A stretch of 64,000 nt of DNA. It comes from Octopus vulgaris. Taxonomy: Eukaryota. Positions 41,712 through 56,351 of the stretch are shown piece after piece. The stretch is taken from the NCBI GenBank assembly GCA_951406725.2, contig OX597836.1, forward strand, positions 2,170,001 to 2,234,000, written 5' to 3'. The position numbers were made by a program, and so were the translations under genes. A model generated the notes under the pieces. The model searched no databases and was not told where the DNA came from. It was given only the letters and a program-made list of their open reading frames with translations. Numbering within the stretch: position 1 is the first letter of the stretch; each line of letters begins with the position of its first letter.

Positions 41712-42531
41712 GTGTGTGTGAGTTCGTATACACAGACAGACAGACTAACAGACATATTTGTCCTACACAAAAATATTAGTGTGTGCGCATGCTGGCATCT
41801 ATGAACGTACTATGAAAGAGGTGGCATTGCTTTCTCTTGGTAGATGTTCCTCCTTTGACTCTCGGTTTAAAATCCTTAAGCACCAATTAAGAATTTCATC
41901 ATTTCGGAATGAATAAACCAATTTTTAAATCAGAGTTTCACGTTTCCGTTTCTCGGACAGTTTTGTTTAGATTCTAAACAAAACTTTCCAACGAACGGGA
42001 ATGTGAAACGCTGAGTAACAGTTTTTGTGATAGTTTTGCTGCTTTTTGAGAAGCATATCACTCTACCACCGGTTTTCGAGTACTATTTTTCCCCGCCTTG
42101 TTTCGGACTTAAGTGCTTACTCTGATATAGATATAACAGACATGGATATACAAAGGGAGAGAGATGTGATGGACATTCGCATATGCAAATCTCCATCACA
42201 TTTTCTGGCGCACGAGATGAAAACATGCGACTGCACCAACCATTGTATAGATGTATTGAAGATAAAGCCTCGTAAACAGCCACTTAAGAAATACATTCTG
42301 AGACAATATCACATTTACTTAGACACAGGATTTAGATTAGATATCTCTACATACTGATAAGCATGCACATATTATAATACGTATTCGTTTCATACACAAA
42401 TGTACACACTACACAATAGATACAATGATATACAAACACACAAACACGTATCTGAGTACATATAACTACATACATGAAACGGTACACGGACGCTTCTATA
42501 GATGCATCAATTTAAGTGCATGTAATCGCAA

Positions 42532-42585
<54 letters not shown>

Positions 42586-42789
42586 GTGTGTGTGTTTGGG
42601 GAGGTGTACGGTTGTATGTGTGTGTGTGTAGGATTTGAAAAGTAAGTGCAGGAATTCAATAATATATATCAGAAAATGCAAGGATATTAAACATTTAAAA
42701 ATTACAAATGCATGCATACAAATCTTCAAAATACACACATGAATATTCAAATATACGACAGTACTTGCAAATACGCACATACATACATT

Positions 42790-42823
42790 TATGTACATAC
42801 ATGCATACATTTATATATATATT

Positions 42824-42859
<36 letters not shown>

Positions 42860-43000
42860 GATATATATATACATGTATATATATATAGATATCGATACGT
42901 ATCCACATATAAGTATGTATGTTATATGTGTATGTATATATACATGTATATATATATTTATATACATATATATGTATACATATATATGTATATATACATG

Positions 43001-43034
<34 letters not shown>

Positions 43035-43658
43035 TATGTATACATATATATGTATCTATACATGTATATATATATATACATATTTATGTGTATATACATG
43101 TATATATATATATACATATGTATATATACATGTATATATATATATACATATATATGTATATATACATGTATATATATATACATATGTATATATACATGTA
43201 TATATATATATACATGTATATATATATATACATATGTATATATACATGTATATATTTATATATACATGTATATATATATATATACATATATATGTATATA
43301 TATATACACACATATATATGTATATATACATGTATATATATATACACATATATATGTATATATACATGTATATATATATACACATATATATGTATATATA
43401 CATGTATATATATATATACACATATATATGTATATATACATGTATATATATATATATACACATATATATGTATATATACATGTATGTATATATACATACA
43501 TATGTATATATATGTATATATATATATACATATATATGTATATATACATGTATGTATATATACATATATATGTATATATACATGTATGTATATATACATA
43601 TATATGTATATATATATATGTATATATATATATATACATATATATGTATATATACATG

Positions 43659-43692
<34 letters not shown>

Positions 43693-44500
43693 CATGTGTA
43701 TATATACATATATATAGTATATATACATGTATATATATATACATGTGTATATATATGTATATATACATGTATATATATATATACATGTGTATATATATAT
43801 ATACATGTGTATATATATGTATATATATATATATATACATGTGTATATATATATATACATGTATATATATATACATATATATATCTTTATACATGTATAT
43901 ATATATACATATATATATCTTTATACATGTATATATATCTTTATACATGTATATATATATACATATATATATACATATATATATATATACATATATATGT
44001 ATATATACATGTATATATATGTATATATACATGTATATATATATATACATGTGTATATATATATATATACATGTATATATATGTATATATACATGTATAT
44101 ATATATATACATGTGTATATATATATATATACATGTATATATATGTATATATACATGTATATATATATATACATGTGTATATATATATATATATACATGT
44201 ATATATATGTATATATACATGTATATATATATATACATGTGTATATATATATATATACATGTATATATATACATGTATATATATATATACATGTATATAT
44301 ATATACATGTATATATATATACATGTATGTATATATACATATATATGTATATATACATGTATATATATATATATATATGTATACATATATATATATGCGT
44401 ATATACTTACATAGGTACATACGTATATTATTTAAACATATGTATATATATATATATATATATATACACTTACATAGATACATACGTGAATTATATATAT
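42790..44500. repeat. ~1.7-kb TA-based compound satellite built of palindromic TATATACATGTATATA units
   Basis: Direct reading; source of the 200-577 aa Y/I/C/M/H/V pseudo-ORFs. Confidence 0.95.
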
Positions 44501-44800
44501 GTGTGTGTGTATGTATTCGGAAGGAGGATGGGGTCGATGGGGGAAGTATTGAGAAGAAGAGAGAATTAGAGGCACAGATAAATAGCAATTACACAAAGAA
44601 GCAAGCCGAAGAAAAAGTGACGTCAAATGGAATGGGTATCATTACTCTTTGACAGGTAGATATTATTACCTGCATGGAAATGGTATTTACCGTTGAACAG
44701 AATATATTTTGCTTAGATCTAGTCGCAAACCTATGGGAACAATCGCAAGCGAGTTTCCTACATTCTTTTGTATCTATCTACCTCTCTTTCTCTTTCTGTT

Positions 44801-44812
44801 TATCTATCTACA

Positions 44813-44845
<33 letters not shown>

Positions 44846-44859
44846 GTCTATCTATCTAC

Positions 44860-44890
<31 letters not shown>

Positions 44891-44920
44891 CCTGTCTATC
44901 TATCTACCTATCTATCTGTC
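44801..44920. repeat. (ATCT)n microsatellite, imperfect
   Basis: Direct reading. Confidence 0.93.
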
Positions 44921-45129
44921 TAGCTAGCTAGCTCTCTAGCTAGCAGCATATGCTTATGTATCTATATACATCTATGATTTTTGATTAACATCGTGTTTTG
45001 AATATTGGGCCCATGCGTTTTAGTTAGTGAGTTCTCTTCTTATAAAGGCAGGGTGTACATTACTCCAGCGTTATCAAAACTAAATAATTATCAGTTCTCC
45101 ATTATCTCCTTCATTTTGTCTCTCTGTAT

Positions 45130-45335
45130 CCAAGATTCCGAGTTCTATTCCAGGCAGTGAGTGACCTGAATAATAATGATGATGATAATAATAATAATAA
45201 TGCCTCAGGAATGAGAACCCTGGTTCCAAATGTCCTCAAGACACCTGATGAAGGCTGGAGTTTATATCAACCGAAAAGTTGTGTTAACAACAAACAAAAT
45301 GAGGACATATATTAGTGAAATTTATATAATGTATC
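45130..45335 (+). mobile_element. Composite short element: tRNA B-box-like head, (AAT)n, hammerhead-like pLTR tail
   Basis: GAGTTCTATTCC (45140-45151), an AAT/GAT run, then GACAC-CTGATGA-A-GGCTG..CAACC-GAAA-A-GTT-GTGTT (45240-45285). Confidence 0.6.
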
Positions 45336-45589
45336 TATATTGTTGCATTGAGTGAAGTGCGGGAGATCAACTAATGTCTAACAGGCTGGTCATCGAATAG
45401 TGACGGACAAGGATATATATATATATGTGTATGTGTGTATGTACATGCATATATATAACTGTGTATGTATATATATATATATATATATAAATAAACGCAT
45501 TTATATATATATATACTTACATACACGCACACACACACACACGAATACACATATGCAATTATATTCCATTAATCGTTTTTCCAAATGTG

Positions 45590-46173
45590 CGACCACCACC
45601 GCTGCTATGACTTTAGCTACTAAAGCTACCACCTAACTTGACCCCACTCTCTGCCTCCACAACAACCACAATAACTAAAACACCGCTACCACCACTTTTC
45701 ACTGCCACTACCGCTGCTACAATCAACACCATCTCGAATACCACTCACGCTACTACGATCATTGCGTATTACAGGCATACAACAAGTACCACCAGAGATC
45801 GAACACGGATATCTAATCTGCTACAAGTTAACCAGGTTGTGTCGCCGCAATCTCTACCTGTTCTGCCGCCAAAACAACCACCGACGGAAATAAGGAAGAC
45901 GTCAACAAGAACATCTAAAAATGTAGCAGCATTATTCATTACGGAGAGAGAGAATTAGTTAACCGTACGGAATCAAGTGACGATATCGATGTTGCAATAA
46001 CAGTAATTACAATGATGATTGCATCAACAACAACAGCAGCAACACCAACAAGAATATGTACAACTTCAACAACAACAACAATGCTCGATTTTACAAGGAT
46101 AAAAAGCGATAAGTCGAAATACATAGGATATATATACATATAAATATATAAATGCGTGCGTGCGTGTATGTAA

Positions 46174-46235
<62 letters not shown>

Positions 46236-46305
46236 ACATAATATCCATAATCTCTCTATCTCCCTGTGTATATGTATAGTATATGCACACACACAATGTA
46301 TATAT

Positions 46306-46343
<38 letters not shown>

Positions 46344-46422
46344 TTATATGTATGTATATGTATGTTTATATGTATATGTATGTATATGTATGTTTATATG
46401 TATATGTATGTATATATACATG

Positions 46423-46455
<33 letters not shown>

Positions 46456-48820
46456 GTATGTATATGTATGTTTATATGTATATGTATGTATATATACATG
46501 TATATGTATGTATATATATATATATATATACATACATACATACATATATGTGTGTGTGTGTTTGTGTGTACAAGCATTTCAAAAAATTGTCAATCAAGGC
46601 CCACAACAAAAGAGAAACAAATAAAAAAAACTAGCAAAAAGTAAAAACGGCATCAAAATCGAAAAGAAAAAAACAAAAAAGTTTCAACAAAACAGCAGCA
46701 GCAGCAGCAAACTACAGGAACAAAATCATCGATTAAAACAATGACAAAAATAACAAAATCAATAACAACAACATCGGAAACAACAACAACAACAGTAACA
46801 AGAAACACATGAGCCAGAAGAATAACTGTGACAGCGGGAATAATGGCAAGAAGAAGGAAAACAATGACACGTCAATATCGAATATCATTGAAGAGTTGAC
46901 AGTGTGATATTCCTGCAAGGAATATACCATTCTTACAGAACATTCCTCAATCCATATTCAATGGAATCGATTCCTGATTCTGACGATGGAATTATCTGTG
47001 TTAAATGGGACGGAATACAATAATAACAGCTATGGTGGCGGCGGCGGCGGTGGTGTTTGCTATGTAGGGGTGGCTTGGTGGTGCTGGTGGGGCAGGGGTA
47101 TGTTTTATGGCAATGATATTTGGTGACTTGAAGTGATGATACGAGTAGGAACGGTAAGTGGGATGATGGTGGTAAGGGGCGAGGTGAGCTGTGGTGGTAT
47201 TCTTATGGCAGGGGAGGCGAACGGTGGGGTGGATGTGTTGGTTGTGGGGGAGGTGTCGGTGGTGTCGAGATTACTATTGAAGGTTATGCTATTGGTGGTG
47301 GGTTTGGTATATTTTTATTAGTGACCATGGGCGGGGTGTCGCTGGTGGAGATGTGTTGTAGTGTTGATGATGATGGTAGATTTTGGTGAAGGGGTATATT
47401 TATTTGTTTATTGCCCACGGGTGCTAAACATAGAGGGGACAAACAAGGACAGACAAACGGATTAAGTCGATTACATAGACTCCAGTGTGTAACTGATACT
47501 TATTTAATCGACCCCGAAAGGATGAAAGGTAAAGTCGACCTCGACGGAATTTGAACTCAGAACGTAACGGTAGACGAAATACTGGTAAGCATTTCGCCCG
47601 GCGTGCTAACGATTCTGCCCGCTCGCCGCCTTGGTGAAGAGAAATTTTCAAGGATTTATGATGGTCGAAATAAAGGTTTGGGGCTGGTGTTATTAGTTAC
47701 TACTTAATTCCAACTCCAATCGGGTCACTGGAATTTATAACTACAGGCTTTACAAGCACGGCCCGCCAAAATTCTTCATGTGAGCAGCGACCATATTTGC
47801 AACGTCTCTTCATTAAAAGAGAGAATAGCGTGCCTCGTGAGAAGAGATTTCTGCTTTTATCTTTAGTGCCGGTGACATTTATGTTGTTCGATCTGACGTG
47901 GAGATTGTGGTTGTGTGAATGGCGTTGGTGGTGGTGGCCGTGATGCTCATAGTCGCTTACAATGCGGTGATGTTGATAATCGAACGGTGATGGCGTGGAT
48001 GGTAGTTACGACGGTCCTGATGGAGAAGATAAATAAATTGAAGCTGAGGCTGAGCATGTGCACGATAATAAAATAATATTTATTACAATAATTCTATTTT
48101 TCCCGCAACTTCTTTCCCAATCTCTTTTCCTTGACGTTATTCCCATCGATTTTTTATCTCTCTATAACTCATGGTTGAAGAACTACGTTAATATTTTTTT
48201 TTCTTGAAGCAAGATTCAGGTAAATCATGGGAAACGTCGATACAAATGTTCGAAATTAAGAAAGTTGATGGTTAAGGAATATTTTCAATCTTCACCAAAG
48301 CATTCATGGTTAATAAACATGTTCCACGTTTCTAGCAAAAGTAGCATACAAGTGTTAATCTGGTATGTTCGTTGCGGTTGTAGAAAACATTTAGTGTTCG
48401 TAAAATAGTTTAAAGTTGATCATTAATGTGTAACGTTCCACCATTGTTACCCACACAAATACGAAGATCTTTAATGTCAAAACTACCAGCATCACCACAG
48501 ACTATACTACTATCAGTATCAACGTTTCTACACCCGTTGTCAAGGCCAAAATCACAACCACCAGAAGCAATTTCTTCTCTGCTACACCCTCATCACCAAC
48601 ATCACCACTGTCACCACTAACGAAAATAAGTCCCTCACCATCATCACTATCACCCCACGCCATTATGGCTATTACTACCACCGCCGCCTCTATTGCCATC
48701 ACTGATTCCACGTAATCATCGCCATCGCTGTCAAACCTTTATTCACCTCAGCTCTGCCAAGACATCGATCTCATGAACCAACGCCAAAATCATCGCCAAG
48801 ACATTCTCGTGACCACCACC
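45590..48820. repeat. Patchwork of decayed trinucleotide tracts (CAC/GGT, CAA, CAT)
   Basis: Period-3 low-complexity segments at ~45590-46090, 46690-46870, 47030-47400, 47900-48010 and 48420-48820. Confidence 0.7.
47400..47632 (-). mobile_element. tRNA-derived SINE, family B (Meta-domain-like core), full length
   Basis: Minus strand GGCGGCGAGC.GGCAGAATCG (A box), GAGTTCAAATTC (B box), core CCTTTCATCCTTTCGGGGTCGAT..AAGTA.CAG; aligns with 62557-62765. Confidence 0.9.
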
Positions 48821-48829
48821 AAATAAACA

Positions 48830-49010
48830 TTTCTAATATAGTCACGAGGCCTAGCGTGAGGGAAGGTACTCGACTGTTTATTTATTCGACCCCGAAAGTG
48901 GAAAAAGTGAAGTTCACAACGATGAAATATGAAATAAGAACGTAGAGACGGAACAAATGCTACTAATCTTTTTATCCGGCATTCTAAAGGTTCTACAAAT
49001 CTGCTACCTT
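48830..49010 (-). mobile_element. SINE family B, old degraded copy
   Basis: TCGACCCCGAAAG, AGAACGTA.AGAC and a head remnant are collinear with 47400-47632. Confidence 0.65.
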
Positions 49011-50115
49011 CATCACCACCAAATCGTATTTACCGATAATTCTTTTGCAATTTTCTAGAATGTTGACTTCGTCTCACATTGTGCCTGTTTTGACAATTTC
49101 TTTACATGAATAGGTGAATGTCGCTAATATTAATTATCTATGCGGTATACATTTTAAAATTCCGTTGTATTTTGAGCAAAAAATTCCAATTCGGTCTCCT
49201 TGTTTAGCACATTTCTGCATAGTGCTGTAGTCATTTGGTTACTTATTGTCATTAATTATAACAACGTGAATAATATATCAAGCTTATTCTTGTAACCATT
49301 TTCTAAATTGAAGTTCTATAGTATTTTCCTTTAGTCGGTCTCTAAGATGGGAAATGTTCCTCTGAAATTTGGTGATTGGGTGTATGCAAAACAAATTTGC
49401 TACTTTAATGCATCTGCAAGCATATTCTTTTTAGAATTCATATGAACCTTCACTATATCAGTGGTCTATTGTCTTGCAAGTGATCTATATTCGTGGCATT
49501 GTTTATTTACAATATAGAAGTCTGAAATATGCTTCGCAATCCATCAATTGGCAATGACCAGTTCCTGAATAATGAAAGCTTGTTGGTGATGCAGGCTTTG
49601 TGTTTAAAAGCCACAGGTATTTTATTTTTCATTTGTATCTGGATCGTCCATTTCCCTAATGTACGAGTTTTGCGAAGGCGTGCCTTTATGAATATTCAGT
49701 ATGGATGTTCAACTGTCATTAATATCTTCATTTCTGATGCTGCTACTAATTATTATTATTATTTTTATTTAGACTTGAGCAGGTTGGATCATAAACCAAT
49801 ATCGAACAAAATTTATTCTGTTTTGTTTTGCGACGGATATAATCGATTTGGTATGATCATAAAAAAGGGACATTTTACAGATTTCGTTATGCGTTTGAAT
49901 GGTAGAGGGCAATTCTAATTAATGTTTATATTGCTCATCCAGGCTCGGCTGACGCCTTGACTCATACGTTTTCCAATGTCTAATCACGTGGTCTCTAAAA
50001 TATTCTATTTTATACTGTGCTTATATATTTTTAAAAATTTGGTTTCTCGTTTTGCAGTCACATGAGTTTTCTTTTATCTGAATCTATTTCAGTGTCAAAT
50101 GTCACGGTACTGACA

Positions 50116-50523
50116 GATGCAGGAGTGGTTGTGTGGTAAGTAGCTTGTTTACCAACCGCACGGTTCTGGGTTCAGTCCCACTGCATGGCACCTTGGGCAA
50201 GTGTCTTCTACTATAGCCTCGGGCCGACCAAAGCTTTGTGAGTGGATTTGGTAGACGGAAACTGAAAGAGGCCCGTCGTATATATGTATATACATATACG
50301 CGTGTGTGTGTTTGTGTGTCTGTGTTTGTCGCCCTAGCATTGCTTGACAACCGATGCTGGTGTGTTTATGTCCCCGTTACTTAGCGGTTCGGCAAAAGAG
50401 ACCGATAGAATAAGTACTGGGCTTACCAAAGAATAAGTCCCGGGGTCGAGTTGCTCGACTAAAGGCGGTGCTCCTGCATGGCCGCAGTCATATGACTGAA
50501 ACAAGTAAAAGAGAGTAAGAGTA
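50116..50523 (+). mobile_element. SINE family A, full length
   Basis: End-to-end alignment with 10949-11360. Confidence 0.93.
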
Positions 50524-51304
50524 CTCAATAGCTGGGATTGTGATATATTCAATTGCGAAATGTTATTCTTACTACTGTGATGATTAAAAAAAAAAGTAGT
50601 GATTAAGAAAATATTTGTCTCTCTTCATTTTAGTCCGGTTGCTTTGCAATGTGTTATACTGCCATCTATACGCAAGTGTTTGTGAAATGCACCTCCTCAT
50701 TCGTGAGCATGTGTGCATGACAGATAGAGAAAACATGTTGTTATCAAGAAAGAGCGCTAGAGAGAAAGAGCGAGACAGAGAGAGACCGTTATTACCATAG
50801 TAATTAACGACACTTTAATTATATACCAGATTGCTCTCAAAAGAAGGTAAACGTTTAGCAAATACTTTTACCGGTAGCGTAGTGACAGATAAAGTCGTAG
50901 TTTGTTATTAGATTTATCGGCTAGAATTTTTTGGCGCTTTTATCTCCTCATGTTTCTCGAGTTACTTTCTGTTACACCGTTATAATTGTCTACGTTCTAA
51001 CCCTGCCGTTGTCAGTTGTAAGAATTCACGTTTTTTGAAGTCGACAAATAATATACCAATTGTGTGCGCATGCGATCCTTGGGAGATTTTACGTGCAAGA
51101 AACTTGATCACAGATATACAGACTCACACACACAATCATAGATATATACACGTATCCGTGTAAACAGAATCAGTCTCACACATATTTAATGTGACGTTAG
51201 TCTGTCTAATATATAGTGTGGGCGGACGTGTGCGTGCGTCCGCCTGTACGCGTATGTGTGTCTGTGTTTGTGTGCGTGTGTGTGTATAAATTTTGATAAC
51301 TTAG

Positions 51305-52070
51305 ATTTGTTTCGGCCAATAAGGTTCTGGCCCATTACAGATCTGATAGCACCAACTGTAGAGATTATTTTACATCATGTTTGTGGATATCATGGACTAT
51401 TGGAGCAAAGCCTTGCTGACTGAGACGTATCCATGTGTTGATGGCTTGTCTAATACATCTTGGTGGAATATATCCAGATGGCTTCTCTGAGACTCCTTGC
51501 TAGATTATGTCCATTCGAATATTTTTCTACTTCAAAATCTTTCGAAATTCTTTTCAGTAAAGCAGGACCATCTGAGGTAAAACTTTAAAAAATAGTTGCG
51601 TTGCAATGTTCTTATGTGATGTGAACTCCACTTTTGTAGGATGCGTATTGCATGTAAGTCTCTCCTTGCGTTACTAGGAAAATAGATACCGACATTGTTT
51701 CAGGAAATATTGATGGTATATTTTCTAGTTTGTACAAATAATAAGTCCCTCAGATCGGCGTTGGAGAGAATGTTTCAGCCTTCGGAAGTGAGCCCAGTAA
51801 TCAAGGCCAGTCGTGTCATCTAATTCTTATTATTAATCTCTGCAGCGCGACAATCGTCATTATATTGTGCTTTATGTTTCGGGATCAGAGTGTGTAGCAG
51901 TATTCGAGGTGAGGCCTAGCAAATAGGGATGAGAGAAGCTTCATGGTTTCATAATATCTAGACCGAACTGTTCCGAGGATCTGTGAAAACATTGAACAAT
52001 CCAGCACATCTTGCTGTCTGCTGTTACACCGAAGTCACTGATATTATTCGACGGCACAGGCAGGTGTTAC
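51305..52070 (-). mobile_element. Decayed CR1-group LINE ORF2 3' portion
   Basis: ISDFGVTAD..ILGTVRSR..ARPHLEYC..LDYWAHFRRLKHSLQRR..DGPALL: the RP.LEYC and Y..RL..L.SL.RR signatures of CR1/L2. Confidence 0.82.
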
Positions 52071-52429
52071 TGTAGCAGTGAATACGATTTTATGTACGTA
52101 TCTATACATGTGTGTCCGTGTATGCGTGTACGTATATATGTATTCAGCACCGTACACATATGTCTATCAGTACAGGTAAGAGTGCAATTTGGTGTGAATT
52201 GTTTATACCATACATGGTACAAAAAAAGGCCTGACCTTCTGGAAATTGAAATCAGTCAGTTAGCACACTCTCAACATTCGTAATCAAGAAACAAAACGGT
52301 AAAAATATGAGATATTTTACTTAAGTTAAGCGGGAGACATTTTCACCTTGTTTAGGCAAAAGATCCTCTCTTCCAAGAAGTCAGATCGCTTAAAATAACA
52401 TGGTGCATAAACACACACGCACAAGCACG

Positions 52430-53513
52430 CACACACACATATATATGTATACACATGCATACATATATAAATACATACATATATACATATATAAATACAT
52501 ACATATATACATATATAAATACATACATATATACATATATAAATACATACATATATACATATATAAATACATACATATATACATATATAAATACATACAT
52601 ATATACATATATAAATACATACATATATACATATATAAATACATACATATATACATATATAAATACATACATATATAAATACATACATATATACATATAT
52701 AAATACATACATATATACATATATAAATACATACATATATACATATATAAATACATACATATATACATATATAAATACATACATATATACATATATAAAT
52801 ACATACATATATATATATATAAATACATACATATATATATATATAAATACATACATATATATATATACATATATAAATACATACATATATAAATACATAC
52901 ATATATAAATACATACATATATATATATATACATATATAAATACATACATATATAAATACATACATATATAAATACATACATATATATATATATACATAT
53001 ATAAATACATACATATATATATATATACATATATAAATACATACATATATATATATATACATATATAAATACATACATATATATATACATACATATATAA
53101 ATACATACATATATATATATATACATATATAAATACATACATATATATATACATATATAAATACATACATATATATATATACATATATAAATACATACAT
53201 ATATATATATATACATATATAAATACATACATATATATATATATATACATATATAAATACATACATATATATATATATACATATATAAATACATACATAT
53301 ATAAATACATACATATATATACATACATATATAAATACATACATATATATATACATACATATATATATAATACATATATATATAATAATATATATATACA
53401 TATATATATATACATATATATATACATAATATATATATACATATATATATACATACATATATATATACATATATATATACATATATATATACATACATAT
53501 ATATATACATACA

Positions 53514-53545
<32 letters not shown>

Positions 53546-53673
53546 CATATATATACATACATACATATATATACATACATACATATATATACATATATAT
53601 ATACATATATATATACATATATATATACATATATATATACATATATATATACATATATATATATACATACATA

Positions 53674-53733
<60 letters not shown>

Positions 53734-53737
53734 CATA

Positions 53738-53778
<41 letters not shown>

Positions 53779-53986
53779 ACATATATGTACATATATATAT
53801 AAATATATATATGTACATATATATATAAATATATATATAAATATATATATGTACATATATGTACATATATAAATATATATATACATATATGTATATATAT
53901 ATATATATATACATATATACATACATATATATATACATACATATATACATACATATATATATACATACATATATACATATATATAT

Positions 53987-54036
<50 letters not shown>

Positions 54037-54071
54037 GTACATATATATATATACATATATATGTACATATA

Positions 54072-54111
<40 letters not shown>

Positions 54112-54278
54112 CATATATGTACATATATATATATATATATACATATATGTATATATATATATATATACATATATGTACATATATATATATATATACATAT
54201 ATGTACATATATATATATATATACATATATGTACATATATATATATATACATACATATGTACATATATATATATATAC

Positions 54279-54311
<33 letters not shown>

Positions 54312-54583
54312 CATATATGTACATATATATATAAATATGTATACATACATATATATATATATATACATATGTACATATACATATATATGCATATATGTAT
54401 ATGTATGTAAACACACTCACACAAACATACAAGTATATATATATATATATACATATGTACATATACATATATATGCATATATGTATATGTATGTAAACAC
54501 ACTCACACAAACATACAAGTATATACATATATATAATATACGGGTAAATATAAATATATACACATTTATATGCTTATAAACAA

Positions 54584-54630
<47 letters not shown>

Positions 54631-54640
54631 CATAAATGTG
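52430..54640. repeat. ~2.2-kb compound satellite; starts with a 24-bp unit CATATATAAATACATACATATATA and grades into other TA/CATA units
   Basis: Direct reading. The 8-aa periodicity of the ~700-aa pseudo-ORFs reflects the 24-bp unit; an ~85-bp tandem duplication lies at ~54355-54525. Confidence 0.95.
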
Positions 54641-55199
54641 TATGTGTACACCAAAACACACACGTACATATATGTATTTGTATGATGCATTTATGCTTGT
54701 GTATATGTATAGATATATATAAAACTCCACAAGTTTAATGGACGCCAGCGCAATTATTGCCAGACTCAATGACGAAGTGACAAGTTAAATATAGAGAGAC
54801 AGCAAATCACATAGCAAGCATTAAATTAGGCACTTCGTCTTAAAACGCTAAGGATAAATAAAAAAAAGGGCATCATACGCTTACATATCTGACGTTTAGT
54901 ATTAAATATGTGTGACTGCATTGGAAGGTTTGTGTATTCGCTTGTATGTGTATGGCATCCAGTGCTGTTATTTGTATCTGTTTGTCTAGGAGCGAGGAGA
55001 CGGCGTGTTTATGGGGGAGATGTCGAGTATGCTGAAGAATTATGTGTGTATACATTCTCCCTAATAGGAAGATAGATTCAAGTGAATCTCTTAATTTTCT
55101 TATTCATTCGGTTATTGAAACGAAATGTGTGCATCTGTGTGTGTGTGTGTGTGTGCAGATGATTTTATATTTAGGAGCACGCAAGCATATTCACATACT

Positions 55200-55386
55200 T
55201 ATATATATGTATGTAGATATGTTTATATTTTATATATATATACATGTATATATTTATGTAGATATGTTTATATTTTTTATATATACATGTATATATTTAT
55301 GTAGATATGTTTATATTTTTTATATATATATATATTTATGTAGAGATGTTTATATATATATATGTATACATTTATGTAGATATGTT

Positions 55387-55420
<34 letters not shown>
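55200..55420. repeat. Minisatellite (ATGTAGATATGTTTATA plus variable TA), ~5 units
   Basis: The anchor recurs five times. Confidence 0.85.
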
Positions 55421-55423
<3 letters not shown>

Positions 55424-55569
55424 CACAGAAACGGAGTCTCATTCATTCCCACACACACACGAGTCCCTTTTCATACAAATATACATTCGTAAATTTATAT
55501 GTATTTATGTATACGGATATATGTTCATAAATACATATGTGCAAATCTAAATATATTTATGTATACACG

Positions 55570-55622
<53 letters not shown>

Positions 55623-55795
55623 TGTATGCGTGTGTTATGCTTGTATGACAGGTTATGTTATGTGTATTGCCCGTAATGAATTTTATATTATAAGGTAGAC
55701 AGATTAAATTCTCGGCATCTATGCTACTTAATGTCGGCAATAAATAGAGAGATTTAACGCGGGAACAGCTCCAGGAAAATAATGTTGCAAGCACA

Positions 55796-55845
<50 letters not shown>

Positions 55846-56351
55846 AATATATATATATATACTCACACACACACACATATATATATAAGTATGCATGTAT
55901 GTATATATGTACATAAATATATATATATATACACGCACACACACACACTTTAGCAAATACAGAAGCCATTCAGTTTGTATATATATTAATAACTGTCATA
56001 TAGATTGAAACTAAACACTGTCAATTCTATATGTCCAAAGACGTTTTTGGAAAATTGGCAGATCCAATTATATAGAGCTAATATAGCCCTATGATCATTT
56101 GCTTGCAATATAAGCACTGTATTTATCAAGTAAATGATAAAGGTATCAGACACTGCCGTGTGGGCGCGCAGGAGGAGCAGGCACGGGCGCACTCCCTCGC
56201 CCACGTTTAGACTGTTAATATCGGAAGAAATGTACAATCATAACAACCAGGTGCAATCAAACACAGGCAACCAATAACACACAGACCACACATGAAGCCA
56301 GACATCTTCATGTGTGCTTTTTAGGATATACATATATATATAGAGAGAGAG

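Noticed and set aside
44618-44625. Perfect CRE palindrome TGACGTCA
   Set aside because: A single 8-mer in 64 kb is compatible with chance, and there is no promoter context.
42695-44652. ORFs of 200-577 aa
   Set aside because: Translations of a TA/CA satellite (Y/I/C/M/H/V/T only), open on both strands because the repeat lacks stops.
45638-45958. Thr/Pro-rich mucin-like ORF
   Set aside because: Decayed (ACC/ACT)n microsatellite without splice signals or a real start.
49300-49760. Possible Gypsy RNase H relic (PVAF, NMLADAL) on the minus strand
   Set aside because: Only two short motifs; too decayed to call without a profile search.
52326-54579. ORFs of ~700 aa in three frames
   Set aside because: Same satellite artefact; the 8-aa periodicity equals the 24-bp unit.
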